Shown here piece by piece: positions 30,981 through 46,500 of a stretch of DNA of 64,000 nt. The DNA lies in assembly GCF_009914755.1 (NCBI RefSeq), contig NC_060926.1; one strand, written 5' to 3'. The number at the start of each line of letters is the position of its first letter. Position 1 is the stretch's first letter. The notes below the pieces were generated by a model. It had not been told where the DNA came from, did no database searches, and worked only from the letters and a program-made list of their open reading frames with translations. Source of the DNA: the human T2T-CHM13v2.0 reference genome, Homo sapiens. The translations under genes were made by a program, and so were the position numbers.

Positions 30981-33900
30981 TAAATTCCTGGAATTGGAGT
31001 TACTTAATAAAAAGGTATACATACACATAGTCAAATTGCCCTCTTTAATTATTTAAAATGTATTCCCCTGCCCCAGATTCTATTTGCATTCTTTCAATTC
31101 AAAGTCAGTAATTTTTTGAGATGCTGGCTGGATTCATTTTAATGAATATATTGAGTATCTCTTGGCTAGGTATTGAGAAGGATACAAGAGAAAGAAATAC
31201 AAGATATTGACTGTTCTTCAGGAATTTATAATCTAGTTGTGTAGATAACACCAACACTAATAAGATGGTCAAACTGAATTATAAGACCTGGTACAGTTGT
31301 CAAATTGCTTACCTCTTTCTCCTCTTCTCACAGGACAGGCTATGTTAATTACTTGACATCTAATAAGTATTCAGTAAATAATTGTTTAGTGTTTATCACT
31401 GAATTTAAGAGAAGCTCTGAGTTAAAGTCCTCTAGATGAGGGGTTTTGTTAAAGAGGTGGGCCTTGATATGGCCCTTGAATTAGAGGTACAATTTAGAAT
31501 TAGATCAAGGAAAGGAATACAGATTTAGTAATCATTTTCTTAAAATCTGTTTTATTTTGTATGTATGGCTAGAAATTACTTTTCTTGTTTGTTTACTATA
31601 AACACAAGACTATCTGCTAAATATTTCCCTACTGAGTTCATAACTAAGATTGCCAAAGTGCTTGTTTCACTACCATATTTTAATTTCTGACCATCCTTTA
31701 TCATACAAGGTGTGACTAGAAGGGAAACAACCAATTTTCTCAAACAAATTCAGAAACCCTTATCTGAAAACCCCATGTAGTAGGGTAATTCAGAGTCGGA
31801 AGATTTTCAACATATTGGAGGAAATAGTTAAGGGAGGGTTGTGGGTATAAGCAAACCTATGAAAGCCAATCTGGTTTTTTTTTTTTTTTTAACATTTTTA
31901 AAGTAAAATATCAATTTGGGCACCCTAAATACACATAGTAAAATAGTTACAATGAGATTCTGAACCATTAATATACATTTACTATTTTTTCACTGTAAAC
32001 TTTCAGGATCTCCATCTTCCTTGATTTCCACTCTATGCTTAGAAGTTCAGGTTGCCTTGTTGCTGAGGGTGCTTATACTAAAGGTTTTTGCTTTTTTCCT
32101 GAATGTAATTGTCAGTCCTCCAGGAAATTTTATGACACAGAGTTGTTGACTTCCATTATCTGATTCCCACTATGGTCTCAGAGTCAAAGAAAACTGAACA
32201 AATAGGCTGTTTGTGGCTCACTTTCGTTAACCAACCTGAACAAGTATTTCTTTCTGCCTATTTCAACGTGTTATTTTCCCTTAGTTCCAAATGGAGTGCC
32301 ATCAGTCCCTGATGAACTGAGATAAAAAGTTGAGGACATGCAATTACAAGGCCCTCATATACTTTTTCTCACCTTCTGTCTGTCTTCCAAAAATTCATGG
32401 TAATAATTCTGTTCTCTTCTCCTTTATTTCCCTGCTCTTTTTCTTAATTATTTGTGTAATAGGGAGACAAAAACTCTTGAGGATGAAGAAGCCGTAAATA
32501 AAAGTGAATTTCACTTAAGGGGAAATCAAGGTTGAGAAATTATTATTATATAGTGGCACTTATCCATACAGATGAGTGTTGCCCTCTTCACATTTTTTAT
32601 CTTAGCTCAACTGTGCTGCTGTTGCTCAAAGTATGTTTTTGTTATGGCCTTTACAAACTGTAGCACATTTTTTTGAACATACTTGGTGGTGGCATGTCTT
32701 TCTTGAGGGTGAGTTTTGTTTTGTAAACAAGTTATCTACAATCAAAATTGGTGATTTTGGCAGATGGAATCACACTGCATAATATGTCTACCCATATACA
32801 CGTTCATATACACACAGGTATATCATCACACATACATAAAGTAATGAGAATAACTCAGAGTTTGTATATCATTGAAAAAGTGTAGTTTCCTAAGTGTTTG
32901 GGGACAACATTTTTTATTTTTAAGAATCAAAAAGAACTGAAAGAGCCTTGGAGGTCATTTATTTCAATACCTCAAGGAAACTAAGACACAGAACAAGAAA
33001 ATGACTTGTCAAAGTCTCATGGGCAGTGATTGCGAACTCCTTAGATTTCAGTTTCTTTGTTGATGATCACATATCTTGCTTGTCCTAATTCCTTTGAGAG
33101 TGAGTGCTGAGGGAATACAGATTAGAGTCTTGCATGTAGAGATTCCTAAGAAATTATTATGTTGGCATAGAAGGAAAAAAACCACTCATACATAGAGCTT
33201 CTTTAAAATATTTTAAAAGCTCCAAATTCTATTGATAGAATTATAATAATCTATAGGCAAAATTTCCTTTCAATCAGAAAAATACTAAAGAAAGTAAGAA
33301 TTCTATATAGTTCATGAACCATTTGAATAATTTGAGCCTGCACCTAATAATTCCTGAGTATTGTTCAAAATGAACTACTCCAGGAACGTCAGTTAAATGT
33401 TTTTGTGTTTTGTGAGTGTTTGTGGCTATGTTTTCAAGCATGTTTCTTTTACAAAATCAGCTGTCTACTACTTTCCCCAATCTGGACTTCTAAAATAGCC
33501 ACTAAAGTATTAGCCAAAAGTGATCCCCATTGCTGTCATAAACTATGTATCTGAAATACCTATTTTGTTTGGAAAAGAAAACAGCTCATGAGGAAATTAA
33601 GTGATAATATATGATCATTCAGAGAAATGGATTGGCTGAAACGATTACCTCTCAAAATGACAAATATCTTTTTCCATTTAAATAACCTAGTCAATCTAAC
33701 ATTTAGAGAGTCAAAGGTCTTTTAGACCTTATGATTCCCACTCAATGTTGGAAGAGGCTGGAGTGATGGCATTCAAACACCAGATCCACAGACTGGTACT
33801 AGCCTATGACAAGGAGTCTGTGACAGCATTTTAGCCTATCAGTAGTGAAATGAGGAAAAAGAAGATGATATGGTGAGCTTATTAGAAAACTAAATATATC

Positions 33901-35139
33901 CAGCTTTTTATTATTTAAATATCATTTTTGAAATGGTAGTGATAATAGATATTTTTTGTTGTTTGTTTTTATCATGTTCTTACCTTAGCAAAGGTGAATC
34001 CCCAAACTTAAAAAGTCATCCAATTCAATGTTCTACCCTTTCAGAATATAAACAAAGTGCCTGCTATAGAATTTGAGTTATTTTATAAAAGTAGAATAAA
34101 TGACTTAGAAATTTCTTAATGTGACCCCCCCCCCCACCAAGATTACTGTGAGAGTTCAGTTTATCTATAGTTTATCATTAAAAGTTTACTGCAGCTGGTT
34201 CTATGCAGTGATTCCCTACCCGCCCTTCCATTTTCATGACCGTCTTGAACCTTTCATTGAAGCTCAGGCTGCTTAGGTAGAGTCTGAATTGTTTTGTCAG
34301 TATTAGTAGCTCATAATCAACATTGTGATTTGTCACATAACACCTCTAACTGCACTATTCTATGGTTTCAAGAAGTTATTTTGGTAGCAGTTCCTTTATG
34401 ATCAGAAGGAACATTTTGCTACAATAGGAAATGCATTCTGTGCAGACAGGCTGCAAATTCCCATGACAGGGCAGGCTCATCTGTCAAAGAATATTTTTTA
34501 TTCCCATTTACCTCTTTGATTACATTCAGAATGCCCCAGTAATGCTGATGAGATCATTCTAACTCTTAAGAACATTTTCCTCATGTTTTCTATCATCTCC
34601 AATAACATTAAAATGTTTATCACAGTGGAAATGGTAGAGAAATCTCTGTTTTTCTCTTTAGGAAGCTAATTTGGGGAAGGAAGGTTGGTATATGAATGTC
34701 TAAAAAGTATTTTTTAAATTATCAGTACCAGTGTTTATTATTTAACTGAACACTAAATTGCTCTTGCATGTGTCGCATTTGCATATACTATGGTTTCTAG
34801 TAGTGAACATAAAAGCACCAGTGATTTACTCAAAAAAAGATATTTTCTATTTATTTTCAATTCTACCTATACTATATTGAAAGACTAGGAAATACTATGA
34901 ATTATTGATATGTTTTTTAGTGAAATATGGTGTTTTATGTACCATAATGAAAACCAAAATAGGTAAACACTTGGTTACAGTGATTTAAGTGCAGAAATGT
35001 GTAATTGATGCAATTAGGTGCTTCATTGGCTTTTTAAATGAAGTCTGTATTTCTGCATATGTAATTATAATTTGAATATATTCTGATTTTTTGTCCTCTA
35101 CTTTTTTCCAAGTTATAGTGTTATATATGCTCATTACTT

Positions 35140-36180
<1,041 letters not shown>

Positions 36181-36459
36181 TGCTAATAGGTGCCTCTAAG
36201 CTGTTAGTTTCAGTATTTTAAGATTATTTTCCAGTTTTTACTTTGAATGTAAATCTCAACATGTCTTCATTTTTCTATTCAAGTAATTTAAATCTCTATT
36301 CAAGTCCAATCCAAAATCTACCTTTTTCTTGCCATACCAGTCAATCACTTTTGCAGTATTTTAAAAGAAGATTGCACATGAAAAGATTGCTTTTCCACTT
36401 GTTCCTAGACCTCAAAGAGAGATTAATTGAAAGACATATACTGTAGCTCGTGTCCTAAG

Positions 36460-36780
36460 AAAGTTGATCTCACCGAAGTAGAGGGTAGAATGGCGATTGC
36501 CAGAGACTGGGGTGGTTAATGTGGAGGGAGAATGGGAAGATGTTGGTCAAAGAACACATAATTACAGTTAAATAGGAGGAATAAGTTCAAGAGACATACT
36601 GTACAGTGTGGTTACCATAGTTAATGGTGATATATTGTATTTTTGAAAAATGCAGAGTGGATGTTAAGTGCTGTTATCACAAAAATGATAACCATGTGAG
36701 GTAATCCGTTTGTTAATTAGCTAACTATTCCATAGGTGTATATACACAATTGTCTGTCAATTTTTAAATAAAACACTTTT
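36460..36780 (+). mobile_element. L1MA 3' end
   Basis: gaagtagagggtagaatgg...ggaggaataagttcaagaga...aactattcc...aaataaaa. Confidence 0.75.
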
Positions 36781-38019
36781 TAACAGAAAAAATAGGAGCT
36801 TAATCAATAAAAAATTTAGTTTATTAAGTTATGCCACATGTGAGTGGCATAGACTGCTACAAGGAATATAAAGGCCATTTTAATCCCTGTGGGTAAAAGT
36901 CTTCAAAAGTGACTCCTAATGTGGCCATAAATTCTTCATTACTAAGTGCTTCTTGACCATTGCAATTTTATAGGATTTGATTTCTGAAATTACAAACTTT
37001 GTTCTGATGAACTCATTCTCTCCTCTTCATAACTGTTCTAATTTAGTGTTTTTCTGCTTGCTATGGAGGGATGGAGGAGAAATGGCTCATTTCCAGAAGG
37101 GTGGATTGGAATCACTCATAGGGCTCTTAACGCCTCCTGCTGAATTGATGATTACTGTTGCAGTGACCCACTGCTACTGATGGAATTACAAAACATCTTT
37201 CAGATGTGCTGGGGTGGAAAAACAGTTGAAAACCATTGTCAAGAGTCTCTGTAAGACTTTCATGACAAAGTTGCTGTATAAAGTTGTAATATACCTAGTT
37301 GACTTTCAAAGGCATCTTAGCCTAAGGCATTGACTGTCAAGAAAATAAAAAGGTCACAGAACATAATGACCTCTTTTTCCCCACTAAGGAAGGAGGTTTA
37401 TATTATATACCTTGATTATTAGTGAAGAGGCTACATTTCTGAATATAGAAATGTGTTCATTGAGAAGAGATTTATTGAGCATCTATTTAACTGCATTGTG
37501 TAAGTCTCTGAGGAAAAAAGGAAATAAAAGTGTAAAGTGTCTCTTGGTTCCATGAGAGCTTATAGTCTATTAATAGTTGAAGAGAAAGGCATATAGGGTT
37601 AAAAGAGTTAAATAAAAATGAAAGATACTATTAGATTAAGCATTAGAATTTGGGATGATAAAGTCTTAAGGAAGCAGAATAAAGGGAAGAATAAGGACCA
37701 AATAGGATTTCTGAAGAAGTCTGGGGTGTCTCCTATTTGGGAGGTGGCACTTTTATCATGTGAAGTGGAATGGATGACCCTCTCCAAAACCTCTAAGTTT
37801 CCTCCATATTTGTGATTCATACTAGAATATTATCAAAATCTAAAGTTTCGATGGACAAAAACTGTCAGTATGACCAAAATAATGTAACCCTTTCAACTAA
37901 ACTGACAAGCTACATTTGCAACATATTTGCCAAAAATAAATGAAATATCTCAAAGTAAAAATAAGTATCAGCAGTAAGCCCCAATTGTGTCATTGTTTAA
38001 ATGAAGTTAAAAATATATA

Positions 38020-38180
38020 AGAGTTCTTAAACTTTTTGTGTTGAGTCTGTAGAGAATTGATGAAACATATAGAACTCTTCTCCTGAAAAATACTTATATT
38101 TACATACAGAATATTGTACATATTTCAGGGATTCATGGACCCTTTAAAACGGATCCATAGACTCAATTTTTGAGAATTTT
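38020..38180. mobile_element. hAT-Charlie-type MITE relic
   Basis: gagttcttaaacttttt...tttcaggggattcatggaccc...ttgagaat. Confidence 0.45.
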
Positions 38181-38465
38181 GACATATAAGAATAAAACAG
38201 AATCAAACTTTCTAATCTCCCTCAAGTCATGAGAATGGAAGGGCTTAAAGCTATAGACATTTAACAAATTGGGCCCAAGAAACAGTGTTAGTGGGCAGAA
38301 TAAAGAGAAGTAGATAGAGAAGGGCTTATCAGAGCAAAAGCAGGAGTGGTCCAGGGAGGATAATAGTCTCAAGATAGTATCTGAGATTGGGTTTTCTTAT
38401 TCCCAATATGTTCCTGAAGGCATATTCTATGGTTAGGCTGAGTCCATTTAAAGAGTATCTACTCA

Positions 38466-38787
<322 letters not shown>

Positions 38788-38950
38788 TTAGGAGAATACA
38801 GAACAATTTTGACTACAATTAATAGTGAAAAAATGAAGAAATTACAAAGTAAGTCACATTATTCCTAGCAGTTTTAATTTAAGAACTCGTGTTCTGGAAC
38901 ACCCACAAAAGGGAGTTTAAATAATATTTTCTTCAGCCCTTTAAGCATGG

Positions 38951-39365
38951 TGTATTAGGCCATTTTTGCACTTCTATAAAGAAATACCTAAGAGTGGGTA
39001 ATTTATAAAGAAAAGAGGTTTAATTGGCTCATGGTTGTGCAGGCTTTACAGGAAGCATGGTGCCGGCATCTGCTTGGCTTCTAGAGAGGCCTCAGGAAGC
39101 TTCCAATCATGGTGGAAGGTGAAGGGGAGCAGGCACATCACATGGCAAAAGCAGGAGCAAATGAGGTTGGGGGAGGTGCCACACACTTTTAAATGACCAG
39201 CTCTTGTGTGAACTCAGAGCAAGAGCTCACTTATCACCAAAGAGATGGTCCACGCCATTTGTGAGGGATCTGCCCCCATGATTCAAACACCTCCCACCAG
39301 GCCCCACCTCCAGTATTGTGGATCTCAACATGAGATTTCAGTGGGGAAACATCCAAACTATATCA
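38951..39365 (-). mobile_element. MSTB-like ERVL-MaLR solo LTR
   Basis: tgtattaggcc...ggaagcatggtgccggcatctgc...catccaaactatatca. Confidence 0.9.
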
Positions 39366-40539
39366 TCTGGGTAACTTTCTAATAAACTATGTATGTGATG
39401 TCAAATGTAATTACCATATGTAATTTTAAATTTTAAAAGCCTTTTACTTAACTTTTATGCACTGGAATTGTGTTTTAAACCTAACAGGAAGCCGTTATCA
39501 TTAGAATGATCAAAACCTGATAATAGTAAACAAAAGAGAAAGTTAATTTATGGGAATAATCATTCGGGCAATAGAATAACCAGCATATATTGCTGTCTTA
39601 AAGGGGAGTAGCTGTCAACATGTGTTACTAATAGTTAAAGGTTTCCAGAAAATTTTCAGTATCTCCCTGCCAATCAATAAAGATAGCATCACACTCATCA
39701 CCATAGCTTTAGTTGTCAGAAATGGTGTATTTATTGACTAAATGCAGCACTTTGAAAAGGCAAAAAGGAGAGTTAACTTTGAGGAAGTAGTGATTACGGA
39801 ATTTCAGTAGCAGTAATTTCCTCTCACTCTGAATAATATTACAGTTATGGATATTTCCCTATTCTTAGGACTAAATACTTATTTAGTAGTTATATAACTT
39901 TGGAAATACAGCACAATACTTTATTAGTTCCTATCATTAAAAGGTCCATGAATAGAAAATGGCTTACTTGCATTTGGACCAGCCCACCAAAAAATCAACA
40001 TTGGCCAAATGCAGATGAAAGGTTGATTCTGGAGTTTAAATGCAGAGTTTATTAAGTAACATGTTTATTAAATTATAACAGGGACTCAAAAGTGATATAA
40101 AAACTCATTGAACTGATAACTAGTAAGACTATTTTAATTATTGTTAAGCTTACTTTTCAATCCCCCTCCTTTCCTTCCTCTTTTTCTCTCTCACTCATTA
40201 ACGTCATTGACTTTTAAAGCCTAAGTCAAGATTTTCTCTAGACTTGAATAGGTCTTTGCCAGTCTACAATTTCTGTTGTCTGCATACACATTTCTTCCAG
40301 ATACATTGTCTGGCAATATGGGTAATGGTGAAAGGAAAAGATGAATGGGTAGAAGAATATAGGAATCTATGGTATTCTCTTAAATTTACATGAGATTTCA
40401 ATGAGTCTTTTGGGGAGCAGTAAAAGATTTCTGTATTTGACATTATTTTGGTAACATGGAAATGTCACTGACAGAAAATTTTAACTCTTATGTTTGTTTT
40501 TTATTTATGTAATTAGCATTTGCCTGTCTACTATATGCA

Positions 40540-40835
40540 GCAGTCAGCTGGTATACAGCAGAACAAGGATACCAGTTGTTAAAATACTGAAATATTTCCT
40601 TACTGGTAGAGAAATGGCACTTTCTTGAATGCCATACCCCACCTCTCAGGCTCTGGAAGTCCTAGATCCTCCTCCAGAAACCTCCAGATCTCCCTGTGAC
40701 CCAGAAAATAAAAGGAAAATGAATAGCACAGCAGCAGGACTTCAGGACCCTCATCTAGTGCCAGGGCAACATCATTCTGATTGGTCAGGACTGTATGCTG
40801 TGCCAGTTGTTAAAATATTTAATATTTAATATTAC
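40540..40835. mobile_element. hAT (Tip100-like) DNA transposon relic
   Basis: ccagttgttaaaat repeated at 40572 and 40803; ttctgattggtc motif. Confidence 0.4.
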
Positions 40836-40839
40836 CTTT

Positions 40840-43590
40840 GGCTATATGCAAAGCACTGTGTTTAACTCATCAGGAAATAAAAAGGTGAATAAGTCACATC
40901 CCCTGCTCTCAAGGAGCTCACAGATGAATCAGTAGTAATAATTATACCAACGGCTGACATTTACTGAGCACTTACTAGCAGCATTGTTCTAAGTACTTCT
41001 CATATATCATCTCATTAACCCTCATGATATCCTTAGGAGTTTATTTTCTCTTTTACAGAGGAGAAATCTTAGACATAGGGAGATTAAGTCCATATCAGCC
41101 AGTCTGACTCCTTAAAGAGTATTGGAGGAAGCACGTGGAGTTCTAATTTGTCACTAGTCATGTGATCCCCTTGGTTTTCACGTCCGTCTCTATGGAATGA
41201 AGAGGTTCAATTACATGATGTCTAACAGTCTTAAAAACCTGTTATTCCATAACAGTGATAAGACAAATATTAATTAAAGGCAGAAATCATAAGCATAACT
41301 CAAGGCAGAATATGAAAAGCCCTATAAAATAGATAAATACAAATGTAGAAGGGGCTATACATAATTTGTTTCCAGAAAACCTATAATGCTTTTCTTTCTC
41401 CCATTTCTCCTTTTCAATTAAAATAATTCTTAGAAAAAAGATCACACATAGTTTCTTTTGAAAGGTTGTATTTGGACTAGATATTGAAAGTGAAAAACAG
41501 AAGAGAGGGCATTTTGGGCAAAGAGGATAGCATGAACCAGTAAGTGTTTCACAGGGGAAGAGAGAGATGGGTTTATGGAAACTTGAGTGTCTTCCCTGTG
41601 CCAGGGACTGTGTTAAGTGTAAGGAACACAAAACTGACTGAAATACAGTTCCTGTCTGGTGAGAATGACGGAGAAGTAAACCAACAGTAATGATACTGTG
41701 ACTGGGGAACAGTTGCATTGCATTCTTCATATTTGTCGAAGGCACATATTTATTGAATGTGCCTGTTTTCCAGGCACATGGAAGATGCTGGAGATACACC
41801 AGAGAGCAAAACGGACCAAAATCTCTGCCTTCATGAAGGCTATACTCTTATGAGCAAGATAAGCAGAACATAAATAAATAAAATATAGAGTATAACAGAT
41901 GGTGATAAGTGCATTGGAGAAAAACAAGGCAAGGAAGGGGATGAAATCTGCTGGAGTTGAGAGAAATGAGTTGCAATTTTAAATACAGAGGTCAAGAAAA
42001 GCCTCATTGAGGAGACATTTGAATAAAATGCTGAAAGCCACAAAGAGGTAGCAAGTCCTGTGACTCTAGAGTGAAAGATGTTCCAAGCAGAAAGCTGTGT
42101 CCCCTCCAGAGTCTTGTCTCAGTATGCTTCACACACACCAGCAATTTGCTTCTTTTTCTTTTGCATCATCAGTCTGCTACTACTGTCCCGTGCACCACCC
42201 AGTCTGCTACTACTGACCCTTATTCACTCTAACCAGCTCTTTGGTCTCCTTGCTTTTTTTTTTTTTTTTTTTTTTTGAGACAGGGTCTTGCTCTGTTGCC
42301 CAGGCTAGAGTGCAGTGGTGACATCATAGCTCACCTGGGCTCAAGCAATCCTGCCATCTCTGCCACCTGAGTAGTTGGGACTACAGGTGCACCCCACACC
42401 CGGCTAATTTTTAAAAATTATTTTAGAGATAGGGTCTTGCTATGTTGCCCAGGCTGGTGGCAAACTTCTGGCCTCAAGTGATCCCCCGACCTCAGCCTCC
42501 CAAAGCATTGGGATTACAGGTTGAATTACTATGCCCTGCCTGGTTTCCTTGCTATTCCATTAACATGCCAGATGACTTTCACATCAGGGGGTTTGCATTT
42601 GGCTGGTATATAGAGAATGAATTAGAAAGATGTAAGTCCAAAGTCAGAGAAACCATTTGGGGCCGGGGAAGAGCAATAATCAAGGTTAAAGATGATTAGC
42701 AACTGAATTACGGCTATGGCCAGGGGAATCAAGAAAAGTAGACAGATTGAGAGAGATTTAGAAGGAAAAAAATTACTAGAACTTGGTGACTGCTTGGATA
42801 TGGTAACCAAAGGAGAATGGAGACGCAAGATAATTCCCAGGTTTCTGCCTTGGGTAGCTGGCAGGATGATGATGCAGTTCACTGAGGAGGGTACAGTTTT
42901 GGAGGCATTTAGGTGAGATGATGGATGTGGTTTGGGGAATATTACATTTGAGGGGCATTGGGCATGATTTGAGTTGGTATACCATACAGATTAATTTCTT
43001 GTCAATATTTTTAAAGTATTGTAATGTGTTTTTTTAACCACACCCTATAATTTAAGTAACAATAGGATCTCCAGAATGAGAATAATAGGGGGACCCATAG
43101 AGAGATGGCCTCTCAAAGGCAGTAGCCTTTTAGTGGGATCTGAAAGATGAGAGATGCCAACTGTGCAGTTAGGGAAGACTCCAGGCAGAGGCACAGCAGA
43201 CATGCAGGCATTCATCCCATGTCACCAAAACATCCAGTATGTTTTCAGCAAATGCTGAAAACTGAATTACAGCCTATTCTCTGTCCCTTGCTCTCCCTCT
43301 AGTTTCCCTAGATCAGGGTGGAAACTCTCCATCCAGCCAACCGTGCACTTCAAAAACCCAGAGGTCAGCCTGGACACCTCTTCTCCCCCGACCTCCAGTC
43401 ATAAGTCCTGTGGATTGTCCTTGAAATCTGACTGTCACTCTGCTCCCTTCTGTCCTAGCTGCCATCTTCTGTCTCTTGAACTGTGCAGCAGCCCCCTGCC
43501 GGTGCCCTGCTTTCATTCTTGTGCTCTTCCAACCCAATCTCCATATTCAGCTGAGTGATCTTTGAAAAACACAAGTTTGCTCCTGTCATT
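40840..43590. mobile_element. Cluster of L2 and MIR relics
   Basis: MIR core ttttacagaggagaaatcttag (~41050); L2 motifs catatttattgaatgtgcctg (41745), gcagttcactgag (42874), cagctgagtgatctttgaaaaacacaag (43548). Confidence 0.65.
42254..42545 (-). mobile_element. AluJ
   Basis: TSD tccttgct on both sides. Confidence 0.9.
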
Positions 43591-46500
43591 CCCTGTTGCA
43601 ATGTATTTTTACAAACACATCCTAAGATAGTTAGTCACGTACCAACTTTTAGACCTTTAAAAATTGCATTTATCTGCCAAGCAATTGTTCCCCATGGAAG
43701 AAGAGCTCTAGTGACTACTTTGTTCCTTTGTTGTCTCTAATTTTAATATTCCAAAACCCACATTTTTTTTTACAATTGTCATTTGATTTAGATGACTTAA
43801 AAGCTTTTTATTACAAGCCATATATATACTAATAGAACAACCTTTAACAATATATTTTTTTGATTCACCAGAAAAGGTGATCATTTCTTGATCACAAGCA
43901 GTAAGGTTTCTTGTCCTCAGCTCAACCTCATTATAACTATATATTTGAACAAACTAAGATATCCTCTGAACTGAGTCACCTCATCCCAGGGTTCAACTGA
44001 CATGGGGAATTACCTTATTTTAGTCAGAAAGCCTTAATTAGATTAGGTTGGCCTTTCTGAACTTTATGTGTTGCTACATACAGGAGTTAAAAACCTTGAT
44101 CTACACATATCACACAAATCAGGAGAAAACGAAAGCAGAAATGAGCTCATGTTTCTATATGCAGCTGCTTTGATGAAGACATTTCAAATAGAAACCAGAA
44201 AACCAAAAGCACAAAACTGAGGAGATAATAGCCAATGAAGGGGAGAAGTGATTAATTCAGATCAGGAAAAAAAGCTGCAGAGTTCAAAGAGACTATGATG
44301 AAATTATTAGGGGCTGTTGGAGATGTAATCCATATCTCCTTGTCACATGTGTCCTACGTGATAGTGCCGTGAATGTCATGGGATAAAATTAGTGCCTTAC
44401 AAAATAAACATGTTTAAACTTTGTGAAAAATACCCACACAAGAGACTGATATACATACATTCAGAGGTGGACACATTTGTCTCTAGAGGGAAATTCATCT
44501 GCTATGTGGTGAGAGCAGCTGATAATCAGGAAACTCAAAGTCACATTCTAGCAGAAACTTTTATTAATATTGACCCATAACTGTGGCTCTGCAGGAGTTT
44601 TTAATCTCATTGTATTTATGTAGTGTCTTTTGTAATATGATAACACATTTCAAAATTATTATTGTTGAATTGCCAACAAAATGCATCCTAAACACACACT
44701 CCTTAGGTAAGGGAAGAGACCCCATGTATGCTGTCCTCTGCTATTGGAAACAAGTTAAAAAAGAGTTATCCAGTAATCTTTTTCTTAAAAACAGTCACAA
44801 CATCTTGATGATACTGATTCAATTGTAAATTATTTTGGAATAATTCAAACTATAAAAGCTCTAATCTTCAAGATGGGAGGCTTGAATGTGGGAATGTAAG
44901 CACAGATGTTTATCTAATTTTATCCAATAGTTTATACTGCACGATGGGCTCACTGAGCCATATTTCCTCACTTTGAAGTTACCTGGAGTTCTACCTGGTC
45001 ACAGGCTTGCCTGATTTATGTGAGTGAGGAAGGAAAACCACTTAAATGAAGAGTGTGGCTTTAAAGAATATAGTGCATTTTCTCTGAGTGAGCATTCGTG
45101 ACTTCTGCAGGAAGGTAGATGATATTGGACAACAGATTACTTTGTTTTGATTGAAGATTGAATTAATATTACAATACCAATGCTTTGTCTGTTCGCAGGC
45201 AACGAATAAATGAGTGTGTGATACTGAAATGAAAAAAATAGGATATAGATGGCTTATGTAAGAGCCAAATATAGCAGAAGCATACAACTATCAAACTTTA
45301 TTCAGACATCAAGAAAGCATCATATCTGAGCTATTCTTTTCATCTCCTTCCTGTTTCTTTGTATACACTTCTAGTAGTTAAACTGATTTTAATGGATGAA
45401 TTTTCATTTAAAAGTAAAAAATGATGTTCTCTGCTTCAAGCAGCAGGTGTGTTTTTAATCTTTAATAGGTCACCTTCCCAAGTGCAAGCAGGCAAGCTGT
45501 TATTGATCAAAGAGGTTTTGTTGGGTAGCTCTCAGATTATTGAGTGACAAACTTTATTGAATTTGACTTAACAGAAGTCAGAAGACAGCTGAAGCATAAG
45601 AGCTTGCACTGCCATCAGAGTCATTTTACGACAGCCAGGGAGCAAAGCTCAGAGATGGATACTGAGCTTTTTGCTGGCCCTTGGAGATTAACTGAACAGC
45701 CTTCCTACCAATTCCCAAGCCTGTCAGCAGAACCAATTAGATTTTCAACCAGTAGACAAGAAGGGTGGCACTTGGGGACCTTTTTGCTTTAGGTCGAAGG
45801 CTTTTCAGACTGCGATGAGATGACATTGATGATGACACGTTGAGCATTGGTTGGTTTTAAGACAAGTTAAATTAGCAGTCTTGAAATGATTCCAACTGTC
45901 TCCTGACTTCTCACTGTTGCCATATTCAGTGGATCCTGTCAGGAGCAAGTTGATGACTTAATAGTCTTTCTTGAGTGGATTTGAGCACTTTGGCTGTGTG
46001 TTTATGTGTAGTTGTCATGCTTAAAATATTCATATGAAGGTTTGAAATATTTATTTGAAGGCGCCTTCTGCAGAGTTCAGCAGTAAGGCTCTCAGTGCTT
46101 CTACCTACTTTTTATTTTTTATTTTTTGCTTCTCTAAGCAGTTATTTTGTACAACTACCTTTTATTCTATTTCATGTATAATTGATGACAATGTTTCATG
46201 TAATTATTGATAACTTCATTTATGATAAACTTAAAAAGCCTTTCTGACATCATGCATTTCTCCCAGACTACTGTAAATTCAGATCTACTCATAAATAGTT
46301 TGGAAATCACTGGGGATTAGGAAGGGCACTATTGTTTTTATTCTGTGACCTTTGGTCCAAGAAGACTGAGGCAGATTTTCATGGAAGGGATATAAACAGA
46401 AGGATGGAAACATAGATGTAGTACTAATACACGTAAGATTGTCTTAAACGATGGAAACAGGATATCTTTGAGAAGCTTCATTTTTGACCTTGAAAAAGTT

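Noticed and set aside
34662-34683. 22-nt candidate micro-exon (tttctctttag|...AAG|gttggt)
   Set aside because: Weaker donor and no other support.
38792-38848. 57-nt AG...GTAAGT candidate exon with one open frame (EYRTILTTINSEKMKKLQ)
   Set aside because: The acceptor has almost no polypyrimidine tract and abuts an Alu poly(A); peptide not recognised; such pseudo-exons are common.
41287-41799. 170-aa minus-strand ORF
   Set aside because: Overlaps L2 relics, has low-complexity composition and no recognisable domain.
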